From Phallusia mammillata (taxonomy: Eukaryota): a stretch of 64,000 nt of DNA. Each line of letters starts with the position of its first letter. Position 1 is the stretch's first letter. Positions 25,801 to 37,099 of the stretch are shown piece after piece. The DNA is taken from assembly GCA_965637545.1 (NCBI GenBank), contig OZ281500.1:3348001-3412000 (forward strand). Reading direction: 5' to 3'. The notes under the pieces were generated by a model. The model saw nothing but the letters and a program-made list of their open reading frames with translations, ran no database searches and was not told where the DNA came from. Made by a program: the position numbers and the translations under genes.

Positions 25801-28800
25801 TTGCCACATCTTGTTCAACCGTAACGTTGCTTTGTGTAACAGATGTATTTGCAGGTACTTCATTAAATACAAATTTAATTTAAATGACACGTATATGATG
25901 AAGAAACATAACCCTTTATTTGTTAGTTATTTTGTTACTTGCCATACAAAGTGAAAACTTGAGTTTGTTCATCTCCGACACTGTTACTTGCAATGCATTG
26001 ATATTCTCCACTTTGCGAGACGTCACTGATGTTTAAGTAAAGTCGAACTCTATATTCAAATCCTATGTTTCTTACAATGACAAAATACACCGGTAAATTG
26101 GAGTTTCTGGATACGGTGATCCCGTTTCTGAAATGCAACCCATGATTAAATTTCCACACAAAATATTCGTAATAACTCTATAATTTCACATAATATGCTC
26201 AAATTAGATTTGCAAACATGTTTAAAGCACAACTGGAGCCCCATATCTACTATCTTAACCCAACGCATCCATAAAAGCTGCCAACAATATATTAAAACGT
26301 AATAAAACACGAAACTTGCTAAATAAATACACGCAAGTATCAAAATTAAGCCTTCAATTAAGTTGATTCAAGAAACTATGCAATCCCCTTTACGCATAAA
26401 TGCGACCCAAACGTAACAACTCGGTCAATATGAATCTGTACCTTTTCCATGTAGCGCTGGGTCTTGGAAATCCATAGGATACACAACCAACTGACTTTCG
26501 TTCGGCGTAATTGCCGATAGTAGAAGGATGTGTTGTTGTTAGGTTTGCTGGCACTAAAGCGGGGTATGAAACAAATTTAAGGTATTTTTAACCCGAAGAA
26601 ATGTTTAAACCTTTAACAGTTAAAGTCTTCGTTCTCATTCCAGCACCATTCCAGTTTGTAGCTTCACAAACATAATCCCCTGATTCAGCAACGTCACCAA
26701 TAGTTACACGAAGCACAGATCGTGCTTCGTACTTGTTCGTTTCACTGGTTTGGTAAATGTTATTTGAAGAAGATGCAGGGATCAATGCCGTGTTTCTATA
26801 ATTTAAGATAAATGTCACAAAGTATGGTAAAAACAAAGCAAGCCGGTTAAGTCACTGCGACTTCAGTAATTTTATATATCAGTGATCGAGTTAAACAGTA
26901 CGTGTACGAGGTTGTTGAGGTAAACTGTAAAGTCAAGAAGCATGTGATTATCAACATATCCTGGCTAAAATGTGCTTCATTTTTACTTACAGGCAGCGAT
27001 AAAGGAATAAAATGTTAAAACGTTACAAAATGTTTCACCCACACATATTGCCTTGGTTATTTCTATCAAAATGTTTCTGTCAACCTCCACGCAAAATTGT
27101 AACATAAACAATCACACAAGTAATAAATTTGAAAACAAGTTCAATCCTATAAAAACAGGCCCTGTTTCTATAAAATAGGCATCTTTAATAATCTGACTTT
27201 GTCGCAACAAAAATGATAGGGCGTTTAAAACAAATAAAAAATACTTTTTCCATTGAACTATTGGGTTGAGATATCCAGAACCTGTACAAGTGATAACGTT
27301 CTGTGCACCATAAGTTGCTACAATCTCACTTTGGTCCAGAGAAAGTGTAAGAGATGCTGCAAATGTTCATACTTTATTTGTTTTGTCCTAAATTTTAAAT
27401 TTATAAAAAAAAACTGTTTACCTTCTATCAATGTCACAGTTGCCACGGTTTGGCAAGAAGAGGTTTCGCCAACAATTTCGATTTGTATATCACCGAAATG
27501 CGATGATGTCACTCTGCTTATTGTGTAACTAAAAGTGGTTCCTTTATAATTAGTTTGCAGTTGTACTCGTTGATTATTGTTGTAAATAGCCGTGACGTAA
27601 AGAGGTTCCATGAAATGTTCTGATATTGTTCCGCTAATTGTGATTGATTCTCCAGTCGTTGCAATGTAACTTGATGGAGAAAATGATATTTCTCTTGGTT
27701 CTAGATATAAGTGTTAATAGCAAAAACTTGTTTTTATCGCCAAACAGAAAAAAATGTACGTGCTACTTCGTCAAAAGCTTTTAGTGTTTGCTTATAACTT
27801 CGTTTGAGATTGTTTTGCATCAAAAAGCGGTTTATTGAAATTGATTAATATAATTTGTACCATAAGCTTCGAATTATACAATTAGTAAAGCTTTAATCTC
27901 CCATAGGCGGCTAAGGTAGTGCTGCTATGCAAGGGATTCTAAGCGGGCTATTGTGCTATCCAAACGGCGATTGTTTACGGTGATTACCGTTGTTAAGGTA
28001 CAACATTATTCACCAACCTTGCCTTTCACAAATGAAGTAATTTCTAGTGTTACAATTATTCGTAATCCATCCCCATCCACCATCTTCTTTAGCGAGTACA
28101 ACGCACAAACCACTTCCAACATCGCCATCCTTCCATGACGTGTATCCAACTTTTGTCCAATCTTAACAAAATACCAAAGTTAAAACTATCTGATACCAGA
28201 CTGCCGTATACACTTTCCGAATACAATCATGCGAAAACGTGCAAAACCTTTTTTCACGTTTGCAAAACAATGTTTTGGTTTCGTGTAAACAGGGTAATAC
28301 CACCCACCAACACTAATCAAACAAAACTGCTATAAGGAACAAAAACAGTAGCAAAACACAGTAAATCTTGCGTTTAAAAAATCAGTTTACCTACCTGATG
28401 TAGATGAGATTCGACTGGTAAATACTGTTCCATCAAGCCATTGAAATGTGTTGTCATTGTTGTCGTTTCTTCTACCTCCCAACCGGGCATCTTAAACACA
28501 CAAGTAACAGAAGGATAGATAAGTGACTTAGAGATCCATCTAATGGCATTATACTACATCGTACGTATACCACCAATGATTGTCTCACCTATATATATAT
28601 AGCTCAGCTACGATCACCAAACAATTTACAAAATAATATGTTTAATTTTTACTAGTGTTTTGTGGCAGTTTGAATGCATAGCTGGGTGCTTATGGCAACA
28701 TTATACTTAGGCTACAACGCTTTGGTAAATCCGACAATACAGCAAACTATGATCGTACTGCAACCACTTCATAGAACAAAACTTTGATTTGTAGATTTGT

Positions 28801-29813
28801 ACTGCCAAAAATACCATCCAGTTTTAAGCGACACTTGACCTCAACCGACTGGTTTTTAGCAAGAAGTATATGATATAATACAGGCGATTGCAAAACCATT
28901 TTTTGTACAGACCACTTTAGGCCATAAACATTTACTGCTACTGCTATTAATTTAGAAAAATGTACAGGAATGTTTGACACAATTAGACAAAGCGAGCTTA
29001 GTTTAATAACATTACACCAGCATTAAGGTTACAACCCCAACCATACAAAGCCTGAAAGTCCTATTATACGAAGCGGATATGCGCAGCATACGAAACAGGC
29101 ATCGGTGCTTGTGATTCAACTTTCGGCGTGCTTATAGTCGGACCTTCTGTTCGATAACGAAGACGCCAAAGAGGTTTAAAAATAGCCTCTTTGGAGTACT
29201 ATCTGGAGTTTGTTTAGGGGGCAAAATTTTGTCCCGGGAGTGAAACCCATTTTGAAGATATTAATTTAATTACACCTGATACAAACAAGTGAAGCAACGC
29301 CACATGGCAGTCAATTTTACTTACAAATATTTCCGGCCCCATACTCTTGTTGTGCTTTGTCAACAAGAAGGTTTTGTGTTTCCACGTCTTTAATGCTAGT
29401 GAGAAATCCTCTGATTTCACTGTCGCTGCATCGTGCTTCTGCACCTTCCGCCGTTTTTCGCCCGCCAGATAATAAAAATCGACGCCCCTGACACGTACCA
29501 GCTGCAACTAAAACAAATTGTTGATGCAGCAACATTCTTTAACAACTCTAAACACATACTGTTTTCGATTATAACCCATCTTTACGTTTTCAGTCCCGCG
29601 TCGATAAAAAGTGTTTAGTATCCCTACTAACCTTTTTATTGAGGTAGGCTAATAACACTGGTTAACTTTATAGGGTAAGTTACTTTATGAAATTACCAAG
29701 CTACAAAAGTACAACAAACAAAAGCAACAGGTATGCTACTTACTGGTATCGAAGACATAGATTGCTCCAAACAGAGCAAACAAAATAAAAAATACACTAA
29801 AAGACCAACTCAT
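16842..29813 (-). CDS. Gene B: complete multi-exon CTLD/Ig receptor tyrosine phosphatase paralog
   Basis: Start exon 29744-29813 [27 protein letters not shown] exons 29325-29507, 28395-28490, 28018-~28165. Ig exons 23780-27700. TM 22063-22153. KNRY exon 20252-20348, WPD exon 19093-19253, SAGAGRTG exon 18889-19024. Last exon 16842-16901 [19 protein letters not shown]. No lesion found in the exons I translated. Confidence 0.92.
18776..18831. mobile_element. ~56-bp Penelope-like terminal remnant with ~15-bp TSD; orthologous copy at ~54300-54356
   Basis: agctattgctgccaggcataatattaggtttatagagctcttctggcaaatgtaat matches the end of the 56.05-kb element and is flanked by tgcagattaa(g/a)catat repeats. 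Confidence 0.7.
20512..20606. repeat. Intronic inverted repeat (about 35-bp arms, 23-nt spacer)
   Basis: tctgagcaaaaaatcggagccagtacatttgtgta ... tacacaaatgtactggctctgattttttttgctcaga. Confidence 0.8.
22063..22153 (-). CDS. Gene B transmembrane exon
   Basis: [30 protein letters not shown]; 91 nt with canonical splice sites. Confidence 0.88.
23780..27700 (-). CDS. Gene B Ig-like array (8 domains, same exon organisation as gene A)
   Basis: Half-exon pairs such as [15 protein letters not shown] | ...SGEYQC and [15 protein letters not shown] | ...SGFYVC; single-exon domains at each end. Confidence 0.85.
28018..29507 (-). CDS. Gene B N-terminal CTLD (divergent from the A type)
   Basis: CQGRRF...AEARCS...LTSIKD.ETQ, RLGG...FQWLDG, LCVVL...[17 protein letters not shown]. 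Confidence 0.85.
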
Positions 29814-30834
29814 ATTGCAAACCTCACCATGCAGAACACAGTTATATTTTTGCTTCCTTGTATCAAACACCTTAGTCAATTGTGCACGCGATTAAATGCT
29901 TCATCACATGCCAAGAACGCCGGAAGGACGATGTATATCCACCTGGAGTACGTAATACCGTAATACGTAATACAAATACTACAGGGTTGCAGTTCGCTGT
30001 GCTTGCCTTTTGACTTCTTGAACAAAATGGGTGTCCCTATAATAAGTTTTTTTTAAAATGGTTAGTTGTAATAGTTTTTTCCAGTTTAGTTAGTTGTAAT
30101 GGGTTTTTGGTTAGTTATAGTTTTTTCCAACGGCCAGTTTACACCATGCGTAGTGCGCGCGTTCGAACCTGCGTAAGTTTGTTTGTTCCCATTTTTCTGT
30201 CTGCTTTCGCACAATGAGCAGCTTAAACCTGTGCAAAAACGGGTTGTGTTAATCGTTTTGTACGGTTTGTGATTTGAAAAAGTTGGTTCATTTGACAAAC
30301 ATTTATAATGGTACGTAATTTGCCTAAAATGTAATTATTTATCAGTAGCACATTGTTATGATCAAGGATTGTTTTTTGTGTGTTTGAATATATATTGTAA
30401 TTAGGTCCATTTAAATAATTGATGTTTGTACATTCTACCCAGCACAGGGGACTACATGTTATAAAAAAAACATAAAAGTCAGATCAGAATGCCACCAGTT
30501 AACCACAGCGTCCTAACCAATCCTTTATGAATACCAAGATACAAAATCATGTTTACTCACAAAAAATTATTTAACTTAGATTTATACGAAGCTTATTGTA
30601 ACGACAAGCTTATATGGTGATGTATATGGTCATCGACAGCTGATGTGAGCTAAAAATCACGTCCAGCATTTCATTTAGTAAATTTCGGTATGCATCGAAA
30701 ATCGCAGTGTAAACGGTAGGGGTCGCAAGGTAAGGGTATAGGTTGGGCGCCACTAAGCATAGTGTAAATGAGATTTAAGTCATACCAAAAAGGTTAATAG
30801 AGTAGTTGAGACATTAAATCACTTCCGTTTTACA

Positions 30835-31193
30835 CACGTCTCGGTATCGAAAATATTTTGTCTCAGTTTTCGATACCAACGTGCGCGTACCGAAGGTTCA
30901 ATTTACACCATAAGAATACGGGCAACTTTATGCCAATATTAGCTTCCGACAGCACAAAATTGGAAAAAAAGTTCCACCAGTTTACGTATATCTTTTTCGC
31001 TATCACGTGGCGATTACATTTTTCGTCATGTGTGTGTGCCCCGACCATGGCAGATAAATTAGCCAATGATATACAACTAAGTACAACACTACACTTAAGT
31101 ACTCGGTAATCATACTCGGTATCGAAGGTATATACATGTGGTCCTCGTACTCGGTATCGGTACTCGCTCCAAAACCTGGTATCGTCCCATCAC
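30835..31193. mobile_element. Probable right end of a non-autonomous DNA transposon (hAT-like)
   Basis: Clustered (ac)tcggtatcg subterminal repeats ending in gtatcgtcccatcacta; no matching left end or TSD found. Confidence 0.45.
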
Positions 31194-33651
31194 TATTTTC
31201 TACCTTACCGTTTGTGCGGTTTACAATCGACGGCGACTTATAATATTTTTTGACACCTTAGCATGCGGCTTACAATCGAGTACAGTGTACAGCTCCACAG
31301 CTTTGATTAGTAAAAAAAAGCTTTGAAGAGAATACATTACCACCGCTGCCAGAAAACGGAGGCAAAGCAGGAACTACCAACCATCAATGAGGTATTATAA
31401 TGGCATTCAAAGAGCAAGGTAAATGTTAAATGTCATCAAGTGTAAATACACTCCTTTATCATTATCTATCCCAATTATGAAAAATATTCCACACCTAAGA
31501 ATGGTTTATTGTACAATGGCTAAAACATAGCTCTATTTTGCTGCAATAACTATTTTATTCACATAGCTTTTTTGTGTCTTTACCAATTAAATCATAAAAA
31601 TGTGACAACATTTGCATAGGCAAATTGTCACTCGTTTGCAAAAAAGATCATGTCAAGTTTTAAAACAAAAGGTTATCCTGGTAATTGCACACTTGCTGAA
31701 TATTACAGTCCTATTTATTCTGCAGTAGCCACTAGCCAAACTAAATTTTACATATACATGCGACATTGAAAACTTGCAAGGGCATTGATGTCAAATGTAG
31801 TTCTGGACCAAAAATGGTCTTAAAGCCTAATTGTCTGACAACACAGTAAAGCATAGGTTGACCAACATGTAGATCTAAGTTATGTTATAGTTAGACAAGC
31901 AGGTTCAAAACTGGGGCTCTCAAACAAACCAATTTATGTACAGAAGGAGGGAAAACAAACATCCATATAATTTTATTATTTCAACTATTGGTTTAATAGC
32001 TAGTACAATATTTAATTAGATTACATGGCAACAACAATTGTCACAGCAATTGTTACATATTACTACCCCAACCAACAAAACAAATATCTAGTTTAAAACA
32101 AATACACAAGTTTAGTATTCTAGATTATGACCTACTACTCATACTCTTAATCATGTTTGATTTTGCCCATGCATCCCACCTGGTTTAGGGTAATCACTTC
32201 CTGATGTTCCCAAGATTCTTTGTGTTTAATCAGAAGTTGTGACACGATAAGTGTTCACAGTGCATTTGTCTAAAACTTGTTTAATGATAATAAACTGGAA
32301 TTGTCTGTGCATGAAAATTTAAAATATAAACAACTTTTTACTTTAAACGGCTTCTGTACATAACATTTTTCTCTTTTTAATGCTTTTGGTTTAGAATAAC
32401 AGTACTGCTACCTTGATCTGCTAGAAGAATACTAACATTGTCATTGGTTTCAGGACCTATAAGGACTCATCACTGTAGCTGTTGACAAGAGATAGGCCAT
32501 ATTGGCTAGCAAAGCCAACTATGGGCACGCCAGTTTGTTGGGAATAACAGGCTATAATGCCATGCCTCACCTATTCTGTTTGATGACACAATTGGACACG
32601 AGTTAACTGGGTCACAATGGCCTAACAGACAGAAAACTTTGACAAGTCAGAAGTCGAAAGTATGCTTATTATTTCACCTAAGGAATAGACAACTTTCGCA
32701 TTCAAACAGTAACAAACACTGTTGTAATAGTAAAAGAATAATAATGCAAAGTTGCAAAATAGCAGGCAAGGAAACCGTAAAAAAATATTGTTGTTTTCAG
32801 ATGCCAAAAATGCCTAATGCTGAAGTGATATATATGTATATGTACATACACCTTTAAAAAACATTGCATGGCTTGCCAGAATTTTGCAGTCTGCAAAACT
32901 TGTGATTGATGTTCCCATTGTTTGCACTTACTCTCTAGTGACTTGAGGATATACATATTGTACTTAAAAACTGTATATATACCCTTTCAGTTAAAAAAAC
33001 AATGCTTAATTAAGGCTCATGCATGTAGGACCATAAAATATGATGCAGTAAAAAATCCATGTTAACACACAAGTTATTGCCAAACCATAATTTTTAAAGT
33101 ACACTAGGTCTTTGCTCAGAAACATCCAACCCAATCAGAGACAGGCTTTTGAGCAACTTTGTCGATATTTCACAAACGATAATAATACAAAAAGCAACAT
33201 ATCGTTAAATGACAACTTTCTATCTCACTCTCAACAATATGTGCTAATGCAAACTCGAAGAGCATTATCAACATTTACCTTTGGTTGAGCGTTTGTTAAG
33301 GTGCTTTAGTAGTTTTGAGCATTGCTTGTTTTATATGCTCAAACTGCAATAATTTTTTGGTTTAAGTGCATTACTGCATACCGTCAACAATTCAAAAAAA
33401 TTCTGCATATTGGGAAAAACGCGTACAAACTTAACCTGTTCGAAGTCACTGATCAATCTTCCCGCGGTTGGATACTTCTATTGACTGGTGGCGCTAAAGT
33501 CCAAATATTCTATAACTGGGCTGGTCCTTGGTTGAAGGAATATGCGACAGACCAGATATGCGGAAAATGCCTGCGATTGTGTGTGACTTATGTATTTTTT
33601 TGTTTTCACTAAGCTTGCATCTTGCGTTGAATATTTTACACAAACGACTTT

Positions 33652-34858
33652 ATCATAATAAACTAACCCCAAGGTCCGACATAAGATGCTCTTTAACAAG
33701 GAGTTTTTTGAGTTGAAAACCGCATTTTTTATAAATAAACGTGACTCTTTTACTTCCTAAAAAGATATCTGCGATAACCGGTTAAACGTTACAGAAAGAT
33801 CAAAAACTTTATTCTTTGTTTATTCGCCATTATTAAATGCAAAACAAATTCACGATAACTTGGCATTTGAATGAAGAACTTACAAACATTTCCGTTTGGC
33901 CACCTCGTTCTTGCTTTACCAACGAGTAAGTTTTGCGTTTCTGCATCTTTGATAATAGCTAATCTGCCCCCATCATTCATACAAGCTGTGTTTGCATCAT
34001 CCCAATTACGTTGATATGTAGATAACACATAAAAACGTCCTTTGCATTCGACAGCTGACGTGTCTGTAACATTTTCGAACATTTTTGGTGTGATTAAAAG
34101 GGTTTATGTCAGGGGCGGGCAACTTCTCCAGTCGGCGGGCCTGATATGGGAAAATGAAGTACTTGGCGGGCCGGATCCCTGAATCGATACATTAATCGCG
34201 TATTTATCCAGTGATTTAAAACGGATTTTTGACCACCTAAACTAAATACAATCAAGAACGTCGCAATTACAATACAGTCCAAACAATCTAACTGATATAA
34301 CATAAAATTATTCACCACAGCAAATTTAATGCATACACCACAGACTTAGATACTGCTGAAACACTAACTAGGCTACACGTGTGGAAAGAAAGAAAACGGA
34401 GAAATCAGGCCACCCACAAGGTTGGCAGTTATGTCGTAACAATGGACGTATGTGCAATGGTAACAACGGCGGGAAAGTTTTTTACTATTGGGGAACGTTA
34501 CTGTCCGTTACAACTATAATTTGACATAGTAAGCAAGTAGTGGCGGATTGCAGCAGACTGTAGCCGCGGGCCACATTATCATGTATGACCGGAAACTGTC
34601 TGCAGGCCGCTCAAAACCCCGTCGCGGGCCGGATCCGGCCCGCGGGCCGTATGTTGCCCGCCCCTGGTTTATGTCGTTTGAAGTACAAACTCGCACTGTT
34701 TAGTTGCTTTTACGTTAAGCGTACCAATATTTGCGTTTATAAGTTAAACCAAACCAAATAGCACAACAAAACATTGATGTATACTTACGGTACGTGTTCC
34801 CTGAGAGAGTAAAATAAAGAATCCCCCAAAATGTCGTATTTTGACACAAAAACTTCAT
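33652..34858 (-). pseudogene. E: orphan A-type 5' module (signal-peptide exon, intact CTLD exon 1, first 8 codons of CTLD exon 2, then a breakpoint)
   Basis: Exon 34789-34858 MKFLCQNTTFWGILYFTLSGNTY has the same 70-nt length as A's start exon. Exon 33884-34063 (180 nt) is near-identical in pattern to A 12793-12972. Exon from 33768 reads YIFLGSKR, then loses homology and reaches a stop about 30 codons later. Confidence 0.8.
34110..34666. mobile_element. hAT-type MITE, 557 bp
   Basis: TIRs caggggcgggcaac / gttgcccgcccctg; perfect 8-bp TSD gtttatgt at 34102-34109 and 34667-34674. Confidence 0.9.
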
Positions 34859-34988
34859 TTTTTCGGTCTAACCTAAAAGCAGTCCATCATACTGCACATC
34901 TATACACCAAACAATATACAATATTTATATAGACAACAGTAAAGTGGGCGATCTCCTGTTATTGCGGAGAATTCACAAAACCAACAGG

Positions 34989-35034
34989 TGACGTCACACG
35001 CCTTCTTACGTCACAAACAGAATCGATTGAGTCA
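34989..35034. promoter_or_regulatory. Cluster of bZIP-type sites (CRE, CRE variant, AP-1) 130-175 bp upstream of the E start codon
   Basis: TGACGTCA 34989-34996, TTACGTCA 35006-35013, TGAGTCA 35028-35034. Motif match only. Confidence 0.3.
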
Positions 35035-37025
35035 CTGAACAACAGCTGAGACCGAACTATTATTAAATTGTGTGTTCAGCTACCGAACAAATCAGTTTTA
35101 TTTTCGTTTCCAGGTTCAGTATTTGATATTAAAATGACAAACACGCAATTACAACTAGGCGGATATGGGTTTGATGGGCTTATTTTTTTACTCTTATTAA
35201 GGTAGATCTCAGCACCACAAGCTTGGTTTCCTTGCCTTCAATACAGACAGCATAGATTGTCCGCTGTTAGCGCGTGGTCTCTTAGTATGGTAAACCACAT
35301 ACGTGGCCTGTTGACATAAAACATACTAATTTAAGTTTTGTGTAATTTCAACGGTGCAAATTGAGCGCCGAGTCTCGATCCTAATAGTCCACGTCAACAG
35401 TGACTGAAAATTAAGATTTTTTAAATTACAAATTACTAACTACATGAAAAACAAGTAATCTTATTCTGTTTAAGATCATTAAACACCACCCTCTTCAATT
35501 TTTAAATCAAGAACATATACAATAAAGTCAAATGAAATGAACGCGGATTTTAGGTTCAGTCCGCAAAATACAAAAAGGCAACATTGTTTCTCTATGTCAT
35601 AAACCAAGCCTATAATAAAAAAGCAAGAATGTGTTTGCATATTGTTTCCACACGGAACGGCAAACACTGTTCCAGCTTGTTACATACAACTAACAAGATC
35701 ATACAAAAGCTTTATACCTAACAGTGGTTCCTTTGCATCATGGGGGTCAACACCAAATCTATGGTTGATAAAACAACGACTATGCACAGTTAAAACCAAC
35801 AGGCATGTTAAGTCTAAAGGCAGTTGAAGTTCTTGTAACAATAGCCTCAGGTTTCAATTTTCAGTGAAAATGTTGCGTTTGAAAACCACCAAGTTGTGCA
35901 AACAAGCAACTTTATTATGGTACAAACGCATCAGATTGGGTATATTATTATACAAGTCCATTAAACAAATACAAAAAACAGTCGTAAAAAATTAGACGAT
36001 TTAATTTGCTCATAACTTCTTGGTCTCTTATTCTTTGCAAGATTCGACGTAGGCCTTGATAAGTAGCAAGCCTTGTACTGTTCCTAAAAATAAACAAAAT
36101 AAAAACTTTGATTACCTGACAAATAAAACTCTATTTAGCACAAGAATGCAACGCAATTTTCCTACAGACTTTGATTACCACGACAAGATTTTTGGGCCCC
36201 GACGTGTGAGTGGTACAAGGTAGTTTAAAAGTGAAGGCGTCGTTCTACAGGGAGAAACCATTGTATATTTGTTCAACTTGCCTTCTATATCAAAATCCTA
36301 CCATTGTGATTTGTATTTCAGGAAGAGAGTCGGTGATATCCTTTACTACTCTAAACACATCAACCATTTTCTCGGATTTGTAGCGGGATATTAGATTCCA
36401 TACAGCACAGAAGAAAATGGATCTCGAATATCCAGTTCTTTGATAACAACGATATTAGGTACTACTTCGACGATGTTACAAGGTTCGCATTGTGATTACC
36501 TTGTTAGAATTAATGTGCTACAAGCAGGCAAATCCCACTGAAGAGATTCAAGCATTTGCACAGATTTAATGAAATGATCGTTGCTGGTCGGAGTATTATT
36601 GTCAGTCCATGCATCAAATTCCAGCAAAGTAATGTTACACTGTCGAAAAAGAAAAAACAAACAAATCGACTCTTAGTCCAACACAACGCGCGTTGCTTCC
36701 CAGCAAACACAGTGCCATAGACGTCAAGCACAAAAACAACAAGTTTCTGTACTGCGATGACGTAACATCTACGTTGGTAGATCCTGTAGAAGGTTTTGTA
36801 TTTTATCGGCTTTTGTTGCTTGATACGTCGGCTTCAGGAGAACATTAAACCATTAACGGTAACAGTTAAGATGAACATAAATTCATAACTGCCATCCGCC
36901 CTGAAGCGTCTATGCAAACCAGCGATCACGGAACATTCATAAAAGCCCATTGAAGGCGCAATACCGAATCAGCCGATCACCAAGCATTTACCACCATATG
37001 ACAAAGTGTAAGCAACAAAAATCTA

Positions 37026-37099
37026 GCCCGCGGCGGGATCTGGTACCCACGACAAGAGTCTTTCCGGGACTCGCGCTCCACTAACTGAGTTACGCAGGC
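37026..37099 (-). mobile_element. tRNA-derived sequence (SINE head or tRNA pseudogene); diverged copy at ~52479-52551
   Basis: 74 nt, GCCTGCG/CGCGGGC acceptor pairing, A-box-like TAACTCAGTTAGTGGAGCG, GAGTC-CCGGAAA-GACTC stem-loop. The T-loop lacks TTCGA. Confidence 0.65.

Larger units (their letters stand above)
14970..27270. repeat. Segmental duplication, copy 1 (R1 + gene B); copy 2 at ~49870-64000
   Basis: Colinear exon and intron identity throughout, offset about 35-36.7 kb, growing with insertions in copy 2. Confidence 0.9.

Noticed and set aside
32455-32680. Harbinger-type DDE transposase fragment (TYKGLI...)
   Set aside because: Similarity limited to a few residues with stops; cannot be supported without a search.
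37026-37099. Functional tRNA gene
   Set aside because: T-loop lacks TTCGA and is 8 nt, position 33 is C, and the second copy has lost acceptor pairing; better read as a SINE head or pseudogene.
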